The translations under genes and the position numbers were made by a program. Source: Amoebidium appalachense (taxonomy: Eukaryota > Protista > Ichthyosporea). Taken from it: a DNA stretch of 64,000 nt. Location of the stretch: assembly GCA_963693365.1 (NCBI GenBank), contig CAVNZM010000011.1, positions 5,101,421 through 5,165,420 of the forward strand. Direction: 5' to 3'. Shown here one piece after another: positions 1 to 21,093 of this stretch. Position 1 is the first letter of the stretch; every line of letters begins with the position of its first letter. The notes under the pieces were generated by a model that was not told where the DNA came from, ran no database searches, and saw only the letters and a list, made by a program, of their open reading frames with translations.

Positions 1-149
1 TATGGAGGAGACAACAAAGAGCAACAAACAAAACGTCACAAGAGTGGGAACTCCAAAATCAAACAATTTAAGCGTGCAGGCAGAAGACACTTGAACAGAG
101 CCCGTCATCAGGGGGGTTCCCATGCCTCCACAAAAGCATGGGTTTCGCT

Positions 150-6048
<5,899 letters not shown>

Positions 6049-7564
6049 ACCCCGAAACTGAGAAAATTGTGATGCTTGTTGTGCCGTTTGGTTTGTGGGA
6101 GTTGCGGGGGTGGGAGCTTGTGCGTGGAAGCAAGAGTGTGTGGATGGAAGAAGGAAGAAGTTGGATTTCTCAGCCCGGAAGTCCCGTGAGAATGACTATC
6201 AACTTGTGGTGGATGTCATTTTGTTGCATTCCAGCATTAAAGCCGTGCGGTAATATTGGGTTCAACAATAAAAGCGAGAAAATCACCAATGAACTCCGAA
6301 GTGACGGCTGTTCACTCACACAAGTTTTTTCGGCGCAAGCACACGTATGGAAGAAATGCTGGGAATAGCTGAAGTGCCGCTATCTCATTGTGATTGCGCA
6401 CGCTCGGATGATCTGCTGGAGAAAAGGAGTTTCTGAATGAGCTGAAAGATTAAGTAGTTGCATAATGGCACAAGGATAATAATGGCTATCATAACAGTGC
6501 AACGAAGTACACACCAGAAAAAAAAAGCCAAAGTTAGTAAACTCAATACCGATATTTGAGGAGCAGGATGGCAAAAAAAATGATAAGTGTACAGCTACAG
6601 GCATATCAAAGCGCACAAAGGGGTTCAAGCAACACAAAAACAGATTTCTCGTTCGGTAGACCCCAAGACTGAAACAGAAGCGACCCAGATATATGGTTTG
6701 CCGTTGCCTACAGGCATTTTCCACTAACATGGTTGAAGAAAATGCTGGATCAAGTTCACAAGAAGGCAGTACTCTCTGTGCTATTCGCGCTAGGAAGGAA
6801 CAGCCATAAGAATTATTCGTCTGGCCTACAGTGTGTTTGGAATCGGAGGGACGGTGCCCCCAGAGGTGAGCTCGGGCTCCAGAGGGGCAGGGGGGGGTTG
6901 GAAGGCAGGAGGGGGGGGGGGGGGGGGGGGGGGGAAGGGCGAGGTTGAGGGACTGTATGGGAGGAAATGGGTGATCACTTGTTGAAAAAACGGGAATCTG
7001 TTCGAAAGAAAGTCGCTCAACGTTCAAGTGTTCCGTTTCCACCGTCGACGTCTGCGCGGCTTCTGGACTGACTGACTGGTCAGCAGCTACCCTCGCATTG
7101 GGCGTTCAAGATCTTGCCTGACAGATTAACCAATCAAATGATAACATTTAATATTTTGGCGCCAAATATTGTGAAGAGGCGCACACACACTTGTCGGCTG
7201 TTGAAGTTAGGCCGACAGAAAGGGAGAAGGACCAAGGCACAAGGACTCGGGAGGCCTTGCAGCCGGCTCCAGCCGCCCCAGAGCCTAAAACCCCTGGCCA
7301 TAACGCGTGCATACTGTGCAACAGCTCTTTACTATCGTCTTGTAGAACTAATACAGCGCATGCAGGCCTAGCCGGTGGCCCGGCGGTGGGCCAACGTACA
7401 TACGCGTACTGTTAGTACTGGTGCTACAACTATGTATGGCTAACATTACTTATTAGCAGGCATGTGCAAGTCTATGTAACGTCTTTATAAGTACTTTACG
7501 CTATAAATACGAGTTGAATTAGAATGTATATACGGCCATGGCTCATGATTATGTATTTGGGGCG

Positions 7565-7620
<56 letters not shown>

Positions 7621-8524
7621 GGGGTCCGAATATTGTAGGTCATAGATCAAATCTCTTGCGCATGCTTCATAAAATATTGTCACGTTACGCCACCCAAAAG
7701 ATGTGACTGCAGATTCTCATACGACGAGGGCAGTAGGGGGGTAAAAACGTCATTGGCACACACGTGCTGAACGGAAATAACCCGGGAGTACTAGTCTATA
7801 TATCACAGCGATGTCAGAGCTAGACTCTGCAATCTAGCTCTCTCTAGCTAGATTTTTGCCTGCAGCAAGACATCAGTTTTCTCCAACAGAGGCTTCTTCT
7901 CAGTGGCACGTTCACATTCGCGCTCTTTTTTTCAGAATGCACTACATATATCAGTTCATCGTGGCTAAGGTCGAGTTCGAGAAGCTGGCCCTTCATTAGC
8001 GCGATCGCGAGCATCTACCATTGTGCGTGCTGACTGACAAAGCGCACAAAAGAAGTGTATTTGAAACCGTTAGAGTGGGTGTGTCAGGGAAGGCCCTCCA
8101 TACTTTTCTCACAACATAGATGGTGAACTTCATGGTTGGACCTCTCATTCGTTCTTTTCGAAATTTCCGTCGTGCCTATGATAGTACGGCCGGCCGTAGT
8201 CTGCTAGATTGATTTGTATTCTTATGACGTCATTACTTGCCTTGACCCGCTTATAAATGACTGATGCAGCGGAAAGCACATTGTAGGCTGTTTCTGTTAC
8301 CTCTGCAGCCAGCTGCAGCTCATGAAGCAGTTGCGCCTTTTTTTTTTTGTTTCAAAGCCGTAGGAACGATTTCCATTGTTTAGTGTGGCCCTAATTTTCT
8401 ATGGCAGAGAGGCACGTGAACAGTTTCTTTTGTGACGAAACTCACGCGCGCGGGAGAGGGCGGCCTTGAAATTTGAGGATCTGAAGAATTGAGGGTTATA
8501 TCATAAGTTGGCAGGATTTTTTGC

Positions 8525-8646
8525 CGCGACGAGTTCAGACCAAAAGATCCAGGTTTGCTGGGTGACAAGCTTCAGGTTTTTAAACGCGACGAGTTCAGAC
8601 CAAAAGATCCAGGTTTGCTGGGTGACAAGCTTCAGGTTTTTGAACG
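8525..8646. repeat. 60-bp direct tandem duplication upstream of PIG-U
   Basis: CGCGACGAGTTCAGACCAAAAGATCCAGGTTTGCTGGGTGACAAGCTTCAGGTTTTT occurs at 8525 and 8585. Confidence 0.95.
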
Positions 8647-8775
8647 TAAATTGGACAACCGTGCATTGCCAGGCAATTTAGTAAGGTTTATAAAGAGGTA
8701 TTCTTTTGGTTGTCGTCTTCTGGTCACTTTGCTCCTCTGGAAGCTGCGACAAGCAACGTTAGATCTGTTCCGAAA

Positions 8776-8887
8776 ATGGAAACATGGAGGTTAACGGCGG
8801 TTTTGGCCAGTGGTAAGGACTTATCCATGAGCCACATTCCCTCTCCTCTTCTGGTCTCCGCCTTGACATCTCTCTCTCTTTCTCTCT

Positions 8888-8921
<34 letters not shown>

Positions 8922-9265
8922 CCCCCCCCCCCCCCCCCTCCCCCCCCTCCCTCCTCCTCCGCCCTCCCTCTCTCCTCTCCTCTCCTCTCCTCTCCTCTAC
9001 CTCTCTCTCTCTCTTCCTTCGGCTTCCCCCCTTCCCCCTTTCCCCCCGCCTCTCTCTCTCACGCATCCACTCACTACTATCTCCCCCCCCCCCCCCCCCC
9101 CCCCCCCCGTCCCTTCACGAGGTGAATGGGTCGAAACAAGAGTACTGTGGTTCACTTGAAAGGATGGCCTCTGCTTATGCTGCATGCTCTTTCTGTGTGT
9201 TCTGCAACTTCTGCACTGTGTTGGTCGCAGTAGGTGCTTGCTTCGTGCTCTGTAACACATTCTAG

Positions 9266-9316
<51 letters not shown>

Positions 9317-10470
9317 CCCGCCCCCCTCTTATTCCCTCTATCCCGGTCGTCCTTCTCCTACGCCCGCCTGCCCGCTCCACTTTACCCCTTGGCCCCTTGC
9401 TGGCTTTTTCTCGTTTCCAAGAACATTCACTCTTTTGCTTGTGTTTCGTTTATGAGGTGCACTGACCATTTCGTTTTTCCAGCGGGTCTTGTCCGGTTGG
9501 TGCTGTTCTATCTGGGCTACGATACCGTGTTTGGCCGTCGGGTTGAGATTGTCACTCCTTTAAATAGTTATCACAGAGGTATGTAAACGGATGTTAAGAA
9601 TATAGTTGCCCTTGTTTCCAAACTCATTTCACTTCTGTGTTATACAATCACTTTGTAGGTGAGCTTTAAGGAACGTGGCCATTAGGAAATCTGGCCCAAA
9701 GTAACTTGCACAGTGCTTTTTTACATGTCCTTGCCGAGTTTTACTGCTTCAGTCGCGTGTGTGCTAATAGGTTTTCTCTCTTCCTATCCTGTTGCCTCCT
9801 TCTCCCCCCCCCCCCCCCCCCCCTCCCCCTTCCCCTTCTCCTTATTCTACTTTTCTTCTCCACCCCTTCCCCCCTTCCCCCCCCCTCCCCCCTGTTTGCT
9901 TTCTCCCTTGTTCCCTTCCCGTCTTTCTATCTTGCTACCTCCACTTGCTACCTGTCCTTTCACCAATCCCGCCCCTCCCCCCCCCCCCCCCCCCCCCCCG
10001 GGGGCCCTCCTTGCCCCTTCTCCCCTCTTACCTGCGTGGTTCCCCCCCCCCCCCTCCCCCTCCCCCCCAGTCCCCGGCCCTCCATTTCGTCCCCTTGACT
10101 CACAGCACACCCCATCTTTACAGCTAAATCCCTCCTTCTTTCCCCTCCCCCCCCCCCCCCCCTCCTCCCCTTCCCTCACCCCCACCCTTCCTTCCCCCAT
10201 TTACCAACCTTTCCCTGTACCTACTGAACCACTTATCAGCCATTTGGTCCTTAGCTTCATATTCGAACTCCTTGCTCTTTTTCTCCCCAACTCATTCTTG
10301 TGTTATCACCCATCCTTTAGCTAAGCGTTTTGTGTGTTAAACCAAGATTCTAAACAAAACGGGTCTGAGACTTTACACATGGGGAACAGAGGTTTGATAC
10401 TTGATTCATTCGAAAGCCCTTGCCTGATCATCGTTCGGCATCCACAGGGGGGAGGAAGGAGGGGTCGGAT

Positions 10471-10503
<33 letters not shown>

Positions 10504-11870
10504 CGGAGGGGAGGGGGGGGAGAGGAAGAGAGGGGAGTAGAGAAGGGTGGGTGGGTGTGTGTGTGTGGGGGGGGGGGTTAGAGCAGGCATGTGTTTTACT
10601 GGTAGTGATAGAACAGGTTCTGACTTCAGCGTGTTTTCTAGTAACGGAAGGTAGATTTCTGGTGGCCAATGGAGCATCACCCTATGAAGGTGACACCGTT
10701 CATGAGGTAACCCCCCCCCCCCCCTCCCCCCCCCTTTCGATATATACAAATTCCACACATGCGTGTGCCTTCACATGTGGAACGTCTCACATGCATGATC
10801 ATGAGGCACAAATGTGCTGGGGAAGAAATGGAAAGGTTTTGCAGAGTATGGTTAAAAGAGAGGATTAAAATTGATGGGGAGAAACGTTTTGGGAGGGGGT
10901 TGGGGATGCTGGAGGGGGGGGGGGGGGGAGAGGGGGGGGAGGGTGGGCCGTCTTTGGTTGTTATATCTTCGTGGGGGGGGGGGGGGGGGGGGGGGGAGGG
11001 AGCAGATAATATTGACATCTCTCACCTGTGTGTGCTGTCGCGGAAATATCTTACCATATCCACCTGTTTCTATGCACACTTAGGTGTTGTGGAACATTCT
11101 TTCTTTTTTTCTTTTTTTTTTTTTTGGGGGGGGGGGGGGGGGGGAGGGAGGGGGGGGGGTGGGAGTCTGCAGGTGCACACGGTCAAAGGGGAAGGCAAAT
11201 GCACATATATCTGTTCATAGACACGTTCGGCATGCTTTGAGGGACATGCCTGACAATTTCATATCCCCCCTCCCCCCCCCCCCCCCCCTCCCCCCTCTCC
11301 CCCTATACACACACACACGTCACACACCCACACCCACCATCACCACCACCCCCACACACGCCCACACAGAGACACACACACGTTTTCACACATACATACA
11401 CACACATTCACATACACACAATCACACACACACACTCTCTCTCCCCCCCTCTCACTCTCTCTCTCTCCCCCCTCCCCCCCCCCCCCCCCCCCCCCCCCCC
11501 CTCTTCCCTCCTGTTTGCAGACGCCACTTCTCCTTGCACTATTATGGACGTTGCAGCATTACGGGCCTGGTGCCACACAAGCGCTGTATGTGTCATGCGA
11601 CCTTTTGATTGGCTGGCTGCTTGGTTGCATAGCAACCCTTGGGAAGGCGCGGCTGCAACGGGATGAGGAGGCATCGTTCAAGAACATTCCAAAGCAGCTG
11701 GCTGTGAGTGATGAGACGACATTGGCCCCACTGACTGTCGTCATGTTGTATCCTTCGATGTTTGTTGTTATTACTGTTATTGTGGTGGTTGTGTGTGTGT
11801 GTGTGTATTCTCTGCTCAACACACGTGCACGGATTCATGCAGACACATACACACAGACACGGACACACAT

Positions 11871-11928
<58 letters not shown>

Positions 11929-12768
11929 AGACACTCACACACACACTCACTCACAAGCTCGAACGCACATGCACATTTGCATAGATACATGGCATCTGTG
12001 TGTGTGGGTGTGTAGATTTGTTTATAGGTGGGATATGGGGTTGGGGGGGGGGGGGGGGGGGGGGAGGGGGGGTATGAGGGTGTGGGGAGGGTATGAACAC
12101 TCCTTATGAGACTTTGATGAAATGAGGGCAAGAGACGGGAGAAGGGAGCGTGAAAGGAGGGGGTGGCGGTGGTGCGTGTGTGTGTGTGGGAAGGGGGAGG
12201 AGACAGAAAGAAGGGGCGGCACGGGGAATGGTATTAACACCAAACCTGAACAATGTGACGTTTTGTTGCAAGTAACTACAATGAACCAAGACGAAAGACT
12301 CTATTCCTTAACCGTTTGCAGCTACGTGTTTAACCCCTACTCTGTGATGGTGTGTGTGGGCCAGTCAACCATCGTGTTCACCAATCTGGCAATTGTCCTT
12401 GCCCTATATTGGGCACTCAAAGGTAAACTCTGAATCAATGACCAACAACCCCCCCCCCCCCCCCGCCCGCCCGCCCGCCCCTCCACGCGATGGGCTCTGC
12501 TAATTTTGCATACTGCGCGTGTGGCTGATGTTGCATACTTGAATGTGTGCCTTGGCATGTGTCCTGCACAGTGTTTCTCATCGTGTAGTTGTACTTCTCA
12601 CCGTGTTCCGCATTCTAACACCCCCCCCCACCCCCCCAAAGGGCAACTCATGATGCATACCATTTGTGTGTGCTTCGTTTTGCTAATACTACTTTGTGTT
12701 GTCCGCCGTGAATGTGTACATACTTAATTGTTTCACCCTCCCCCCCCCCCCCCCCCCCCCTCCCCCCC

Positions 12769-12854
<86 letters not shown>

Positions 12855-13207
12855 ACAAAACCTCGCCCCGGCCAGCCCCTGGTTGCCTCACCCTCCTGCT
12901 CATCCGTCCCCCTTTTTTTTTCTTGCACCCACTCATCCGTTTTACGGCCCACATATCTCACAACCACTTTCTCATATCTGGTTAGTTGTGTTCAAAACAC
13001 ATATAATGCTAGTACAAGGCAAGAAAACCAGCACGAACACAAACACAAACATCCTATGCACTTACCACCCCCGGTCGAAACTCGGGCACTGTGGATGACG
13101 TGGGCCCCCCCTCTGCTTATTATGGTCTTAATGTATGATTTGCACTCTGCATCGTGTTATCCGTTGTTTATGTGTATTTCGTACTTTATGACGCATTCAA
13201 CCCCCAT

Positions 13208-13288
<81 letters not shown>

Positions 13289-13759
13289 CCCGGCCCCATT
13301 GCACCAACATACCAACCATATCATCCTACACAGGTCGCGTTTTCATGTCATCGTTCGCTGTCGCAGCCGCCACCTACCAATCCCTCTATCCGGCCGTATT
13401 CATAATTCCAGCAGCAATGCTCATATCTAAACCCCCTGGCAATAACCAAACCAACATTGCTGGTGTGGTGGTGGTGGTTGGCGCGTTTGTAGTGTGGCTT
13501 GGCGCCCTTTTGGGCGTCAGCTTCTTGTTTACGAATTCGTGGGACTTTGTTCGTGCTGTGTATCTGTTCATGTAGGTGCCCTTCCTCCCTCCCCCCTCCC
13601 CCCTCCCCCCACCCCCCCCCCCACACACACACACGCACGCACGCATGCACGCACGCACGCACACCATCCACCCTGCCCCAACCCCAACCCGAGCCCCCAC
13701 CCATAGACACACGGACATTCACACACTCACACACGTATTAACAAAACACATTCACGTGT

Positions 13760-13829
<70 letters not shown>

Positions 13830-13898
13830 GACGTGTGTGCACACACAAAACACAAGACATGCACGCGTGTGCGCACGCATGCACGCACGCACACACGC

Positions 13899-13939
<41 letters not shown>

Positions 13940-14241
13940 CGCCTTTCTCTCTTTCGTAAGATGGGCTCTTTGTGTGTACTTTGCCTGGCGTTGGCCGTCG
14001 TGAATGCGTACCTCGTACTCTGTAATGAACTCTAACCCCCCCCCCCCCCCCCCTTTCCCCCCGCCCAAAACACCACCACCATCACCCCCTCTCCCCCCCC
14101 CCCCCCCCCCCCCCCTCCCTGAGGTTGGGCTCTGCTTATGACGCATACTGTGCGCATGGCTGATGTTGCATACTTGAATGTTTGCCTTTGCATGTGTCCT
14201 TCGTGTATGCGTACCTCGTACCGTGTTCCGCATTCAAACCC

Positions 14242-14301
<60 letters not shown>

Positions 14302-15591
14302 ACACTACAGCCTTGCGGTGCCAGACCTCACCCCCAATGTAGGGCTATACTGGTACTATTTCCTTGAGATGTTCGACCACTTCCGCCTGTTCTTCCTGTG
14401 GGTCTTCCAGCTGCACGTGCTAGTCTACATTGGGCCCCTGGCTGTCAAGCTCAGGTATGTCAAAAATACCTCCTCCCCCCCCCCCCCTCCCTCCTCCTCC
14501 TCCTCCTCTCCCCCCCTCCCCCCCCTCCCCTGATGATGGGCTCTGTTCAAGTGTCTTCTGCCTGCACACTTACATTGTTTGATTTTGGGTTTCTCATTTT
14601 TGTGACGTTTTGTTGTTGTCCTCTGGTGTCTCCTCCACATTTCCAACCCTCTAACGCGTACATCCCCCTTCCCTACACCCCTCCCTCCCCCTTCCCCCCC
14701 CCCCCCCCCCCCCCCCCCAGCGTCCACCCACCCATCCATCCCACCCCACCTCCTCCACCTGGCCCCGTGTATGTCTCCCCCTTCCTTAGTTGCCTTTGCC
14801 GCTGAGAGAGTAAGCGGGTTGAACGGAAAGGGCAGGAAATGATATGGTATGTACAGTATTGTTGTGTTTGATCAGAAATCAGGCTTTCAACAGTTGGCCG
14901 TTTTGGGAAGGAGCATCAGTAAAACAGGGATGGATAAGGCGGGTGGGGTGGTCTTGTTGTGTCTTGTTGTTGTTGTCTGAATTTCTGTTTTTTTCACCTG
15001 TTGGCTTAGCTGTGTCGGCACTTCTCTTGGACACCTTGCTATAGTGATCCCCGTATCCCTAAAACAAATGAAGATTCCACCATATAAAGGCAAAAGTAAT
15101 CAATGGTCCACTTAGTGCTTTACGTTAAGCTGGTGGTATATGCTGACGTCAGATTTTGACATACCGACATAGGCTTTAATACTGACATTCCATGCCCGTA
15201 TATAGGAGGCAGCCGCTGTTTCTGTGGGTGATGTATGCAGGCATCGTCACGGCCTTCAAGTCTTATCCCTCGGTGGGCGATGCGGCACTGTTCCTCTCTC
15301 TGGTCTCCTTGTGGTCCCACCTGGTCATCTGTAAGTGTGATTTTAGATTTAATGTTTGGTTTATAGGGTTTACAGGTTTAGTTTAACACACTGCCCCTAC
15401 ACCTTTATAGCATTTAGTTGTTGTTGTGACCTTAAATATACCAGCTTACACCCTTGCAACATGCAGTTCTCAGTTTTGAAGCTCGAAGATGTAACACACC
15501 TTGTTTCCACACCAACCCGCACTTTCTGCTGCAGTTGTGGTCGTTACGCTCTTTATTCAAAGGTTAAATATTGATCGATCACACACGCGCG

Positions 15592-15662
<71 letters not shown>

Positions 15663-15681
15663 GGGGGGGGGGGGGGGGGGG

Positions 15682-15715
<34 letters not shown>

Positions 15716-15939
15716 TTCTCTCTCACATACACACACCACGTGTACACACGACCCCCGTCCCGTCGAGGATGTGCTGTGCTTATAATGCTTTTTTTACATG
15801 TGCATTGTACTCGAATTATGCTGTACGTCACTGAATGTGTCGTCTTACTTTGTAACACATTCTGACCCCCTCTCCCCCCCTCCCCCCCTCGCCCCCTTCG
15901 CCCCACCCCAACCACTTACACACAAATACTCACACACAT

Positions 15940-16013
<74 letters not shown>

Positions 16014-16332
16014 GCACGCACAAACCCCCTTCATCTCCCCCTCGCCCCTTCGTCCCCTTGCCCCTCTCCCCTCCACCCCGTCCCTCCCTCCCCCTCTTCC
16101 CCACTTCTTCCCCCCTCCCCACCCACCCACCCACACACACACACACACAGACATGAGATACCCGTTCCTAGTGTCGCACCTCTACCTGTTCAGCAGCTTT
16201 CTGGGTCCTATTTTCTGGCACCTGTGGGTGTATGCTGGGTCCGGCAATGCAAACTTCTTCTTTGCTATCACCCTCGTATACACGATGGCTACGGTACTGC
16301 TGGCTGTTGATCTCATGCAGGTAATGAATTGA
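8776..16332 (+). CDS. PIGU: GPI transamidase subunit PIG-U (GAB1/CDC91 family), 9 exons
   Basis: Phase-consistent GT-AG exons 8776-8812, 9483-9578, 10642-10706, 11521-11747, 12322-12422, 13334-13571, 14311-14454, 15206-15330 and 16151-16320. They give [17 protein letters not shown]...[58 protein letters not shown] and [20 protein letters not shown], all PIG-U motifs. The 3' end is uncertain: read-through to TGA at 16332, or a further exon after the GT at 16321. Confidence 0.94.
12489..12620 (+). repeat. Best-preserved copy of a ~100-130-bp dispersed intronic repeat (GATGGGCTCTGCT...CATTCTAAC-polyC)
   Basis: Close copy at ~14126-14240; more degenerate copies at ~9163-9265, ~13110-13205, ~13960-14036 and ~15768-15866. 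Confidence 0.7.
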
Positions 16333-16397
16333 CTAATACCCCCCCCCCCCCCCCCCCTCCCCCCCCTCCGCCCTTCCCCCCCACCTCCCACTCACAC

Positions 16398-16442
<45 letters not shown>

Positions 16443-16822
16443 ACCACCACCACCACCACCACCCGCCCGCCCGCCCACCCACCCACCACCACACACACGC
16501 GGGGGGGGGGGGGGGGGGGGGGGGGCAAAATTTGCAGTTTGTTGTCCGTCGTGAATGTGTTTTTTATTATTGGTAAACGCGTTATCCCCCCCCCCCCCCA
16601 TCCCCTCCCAACGCACACACACGCACACACGCACACACACACAGCTTACCCACACACACACCATCACCGCCACCACTACTAAAAGATAGTCGAAGAAGAG
16701 AAGAACCGAAAAAGCTTGTCCGAATTCCGGCTTTGTTCTTCCACCTGCCCATGCACTAAAATGCACATGTACAGATGCTTTTGTGCACCCGCACACTTAC
16801 ACTCACACACACTCACACACGC

Positions 16823-16864
<42 letters not shown>

Positions 16865-17490
16865 CCACGTCCACACACCTGCTTGGACACACACATTCAT
16901 ACACACAAAATGGCACACACGATCTCAATTACTTATGAGGGTACCAATGCGCCGAGGGCAAGGCCAACAAAATGAAGGTTGGAAGGAGAGAAACACTTGG
17001 GTATATGTGTGTGCTTATGTCTCCTGGACGAGAAGGATGGGGGGGGGGGGGGGGGGGGGGGGGGGGGATGCAGGTGATGGGGTGCACCGGTGTTGGTTGT
17101 AACTCGCACCCTTTCCCAACAGGCACACCAACGAAGATTGTACGACCTTGCCCATGGTCTGTTTGTGCCAAAACCAGGGGCTACAATAGCGCTGGAATGA
17201 GGGGTTGCCTAAGAATGCGCATTTCATTAGCTGCGTTCTAAACCATCGAGTCATTTGTGGTGCCCTAACATCAGTCAGTGGGTGGCAGGGGGTTATTTTG
17301 CTTGCTATTCCTTGTTCCGGTGCTGTGTGGGTGGGTGTGTTGGGGGGGGGTAAGCAAAGAACGTGTCTTTTTCATTTTGTTTCTTGGTGGGGAGGGAGGG
17401 GGTTAGCAAAGCGTTGTGTGTGGGTGGGTGGGGGTGGGTGCATGCGTACACGGTAAGGACTTGTGTGCGTGTGTGTGTGTGAGCGCGTGC

Positions 17491-17521
<31 letters not shown>

Positions 17522-18861
17522 GTGTGCAGGGGGCGTATCTGTGTGTGTGGTGTGTGTGTGTGTGTGTGTTTTTGTTTTTGTTTTTGTTTTTTTTTTGGGG
17601 GGGGGGGGGGATATGATATACAGTGGAGATGGTGTATAGCGCCGCAATCTCTGGGGAAATTGGCCGCTATTTGAAGGTCATTTACCGTGGGCCACGGTGG
17701 CCTGGTGCTGCTCTGGCATGCTATTTATTAAATGACGAGTCTGGAGGGGAGTGTTCTTCAACACTCCTAAGATTTTTATTAAGTCCAAAGATTCCAATTT
17801 CAGACCTCTAAAACTCCAATTTTGACATTTTCTGGATTTAGGATTTTATTTTCATCTTATATCCTGACGAAAGCTTGAAGAGTAGAGAGGAGAGGAGAGA
17901 GGAATTATCTAGACCATTGTTCCTTCTACATTCACTGTAATTACTAAAACAGTAATGTTGTTTCCGCATGCCTTTCTTGCCAGCACACTTCAAAAAATTC
18001 AGCGGAATTTCAGTAGAGCCTTCTGCCTCGAGCAAAACTTCCCCCCTTCCTCTCCCCCCTTCTCTCCCCTCCCCCCTCCCCCCCCCCCCCCCCCCCCCCC
18101 TCCCCCTCCCCCCCCTCCCCCTCCCCCCCCCCCCCAACTTCCTCATCCTCCTCTACCTCCTCCTCACCCCTTCCCCAAAAACATTACAGTTGAGAAGAAT
18201 TAGGGTGGGAGGGAGAGGGGGGGGGGGGGGGGAGGGGGAGGGGGGGGAGAGGGGGGGATCTAGAATCATGCATCACTGACCAGGGCCTCAAGTCTCAGCT
18301 CCAACAAGAAATTCTTCGAGCCTCCCCCCCCCCCCCCCCCCCCCCCCCCCCCGAGTCTTTGTACATGTGCAACAAAAGAAAAAGCTCTTAGGAGATATTT
18401 GGGTGGGTGGGTGGGTGGGTCCATGGCCATGGGGGGGGGGGGGGGGGGGGGGGGGGGGAGGGGGGGATATGATAGTAGCATCTCTTTGTTGTCGCCAAGT
18501 TGTTCAGCAAACACAGAGGGAATGCCAACACACCTTTTCAACGCCATTCAATTTGGTACACGCACACACATAAAGGCATATGGCCATGGCTATAACGTGC
18601 ATGCCGCTCCTCCAACTCCCCCTCCCCCCACTCCCACCCCACCCCACCTCACCCCACCGTACCCGGCCGGCCCACCATCACCACCATTACCACCACCTCA
18701 AGACAACGGATAATGATAATGAGCATCAGTAAAGTAACTTGATGATAATAATACGTTCCTAATATAAATACTCAACAACTTTAAAAGGCCCCGGAGCTAG
18801 GATCGAGGAGGAGCTCGAGGGGAGGGGGGGGGGGGGGGGGGGGGGGAAGCGTGAGGCGAGG

Positions 18862-18896
<35 letters not shown>

Positions 18897-19846
18897 GGGC
18901 ACGGTTGTTGTTGTTGTTTTGGGGGGGGGGGGGGGGGGGGAGGGAGGAAGGGGAGGGGGGGGGGGGGGGAGGGGAGAGGGGGAGAGAAGGGGGGAGGGCA
19001 GGGGGGAGGGGGGAGGGGGGTAAATCAGAAAACTTTCGCGGCGTGCGTATCCGTCGGGGTTTCCCAGGTAGACAAGTACAGGCCCGGACGCCACATGGGT
19101 TAAGCACACGCAAGTGAATTTGCCTGCCGCCACTAACAGGCACGGTGACACTGCGGGTGTGGGTGCATCACACAGTGTGTGTAACACCCGACGTGTCCTG
19201 GAATAGAGCGTGGCGGCTTTTTCTTACAGCAACTTTTAATTCTATTTTTTTTTTCCCCCTTCGGAATGGATTCGTCAGTTTATATAAACGAGCTGTGAGA
19301 TTAGGGTCAGATATCGAGGTCCCCTGTGACTCTAATACCAGCCTCTGAGTAGGCAGTAGCAAAGCCAGTTACCGCATAATAATGTAAGTAAATCACCCAA
19401 GAGGCAGCCAGAAGGCACTACATACTTCTTACAGCATATTGAACACGATGATTATTTACATGTCAGCTGTATGACATTCAAAGTTTGTACAACTTTCAAA
19501 GCTTGGTACATAAGACTTTAAATTAGTAATTCTAGATCTGGCCCTTTGCTCAGCGCATAACATTGAACCATTCATTCATTACGTTATTTTCATAATCTTG
19601 CCAACTTTACTCACGTGAGTAACAAACGATTTAACCCAGTCATGTGAGTGAGTAATAACTACAGCCCCCTTTTCCCGTTCTTAGATTTTTCGTTCAAGAA
19701 TTTCAAATTATCTTCGATATCCTATCTCTTTGTAACACTGCTGCAAACGAAACATACGTACAAACTTCATTGTTTACGCACGTGCACTTGCTCTGCTCTA
19801 ACTCTCATTAGTGCAGCTCAGCAAGCACATTTCAAAAACCTTTCGT

Positions 19847-20544
19847 AGCCGAAGCTGGACTCCCGAAGCTGATCCAGAAGTCCTTGATTCACAAATCCAT
19901 GTCGAACGTCAAGAATTCTTCATCCGAAGCCGGTGTTTCCACAGGCTCCAAACCCTCGTCCCAATTACTCCTTGAGAGCCACCGGAGCTCCAAATGAAAG
20001 GGCTCAACAGGGGCTTGGTCTTCTTTCGCTGGTATTATCCCATGCTCCTCCATGTAGATTTCCGTGCGAAATCGCTCTGCAAAGCGCATTCGGGCAAGTT
20101 TCCGCTGGGCTGCTTCAACTTCCTTTCCCTTCAGCTTTCTGAATGCTGGGGCAGGGTACATTTCTGCTTCTTAGTTTTGTGCTAAACCGGTTCTCAATGG
20201 GTCTTTTCCAAGTCAAAAGTTAATTCTTCTGATAGTGGTATGTTGAACCTTTTTGGTCTAAAAGGAGACAGGTGCAAAAAAACTACTGTTCTGATATTGA
20301 TGTTGCTGCTTGATACCGCTTCTTTTCTAGGAATCACGAAGAGTGAAAAACCTTGTTGGCATTTCAGCTTCGAAGCATATGCAGAACCTTTGGTGCTCAA
20401 TCCCTTTTCTTTCTTTCTCTTTGTTTTTTCAATTTTTGGGGTTTGTTGTTGTCGTTCAAATCGTTGTCGACACGTGGACAAGAAGGTTTTGAACGCGTTC
20501 TGGGCGTGTTCACGCTTTATATACCTGTCGCTTGGTGACATCAT
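19847..20544 (-). CDS. Hypothetical protein, fragmented (ORFs 20194-20544 and 19889-20161)
   Basis: Protein-like, non-repetitive ORFs that I could not join without frameshifts or splicing; no family recognised. Confidence 0.25.
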
Positions 20545-21093
20545 CCTAAAGCATCAGAGGCGGGCAAATATTTGTAATGTAGCCTTGGGCATACGCGGCA
20601 TATGGGTGTGGCGTCCGAATTCACAATCAATATTACACTAATTATGGCAGGGGTAAATCGCAAAACAACTTATAACTAGTTTCTTTGGGAATGGTCTATA
20701 GAATAAAGTTATCTATAGATAAACCTCTTGTGTCTTGAGCATGTTTGATGTCGACATGAATATACCTATAACTGCTTTTGCATGCTTCTTTAGGAATGTC
20801 ATGTGGGATGGCAAAATGGAAGCCGCTTATTCTACCTGACTTTACACCAATAGAATGCTTTCATAATCATGTGGTGTGGATGTGATCATGAGGTGGTCAT
20901 CGCATGTCATGATATATGCAGTGTAAAATTAATAAGAAAAAAATAAACATCTGAGTATTTATTTTTATATTTCTGGCGCTAAACGGCATGCTTACAGCTC
21001 GTTTTTGGCTGGGAAAAACCGAAAACGTATTGCTATCTACGGGTATGACTGTGTACTTTATTACATCCAATCAGATGGGGGACACGAGTGCAC

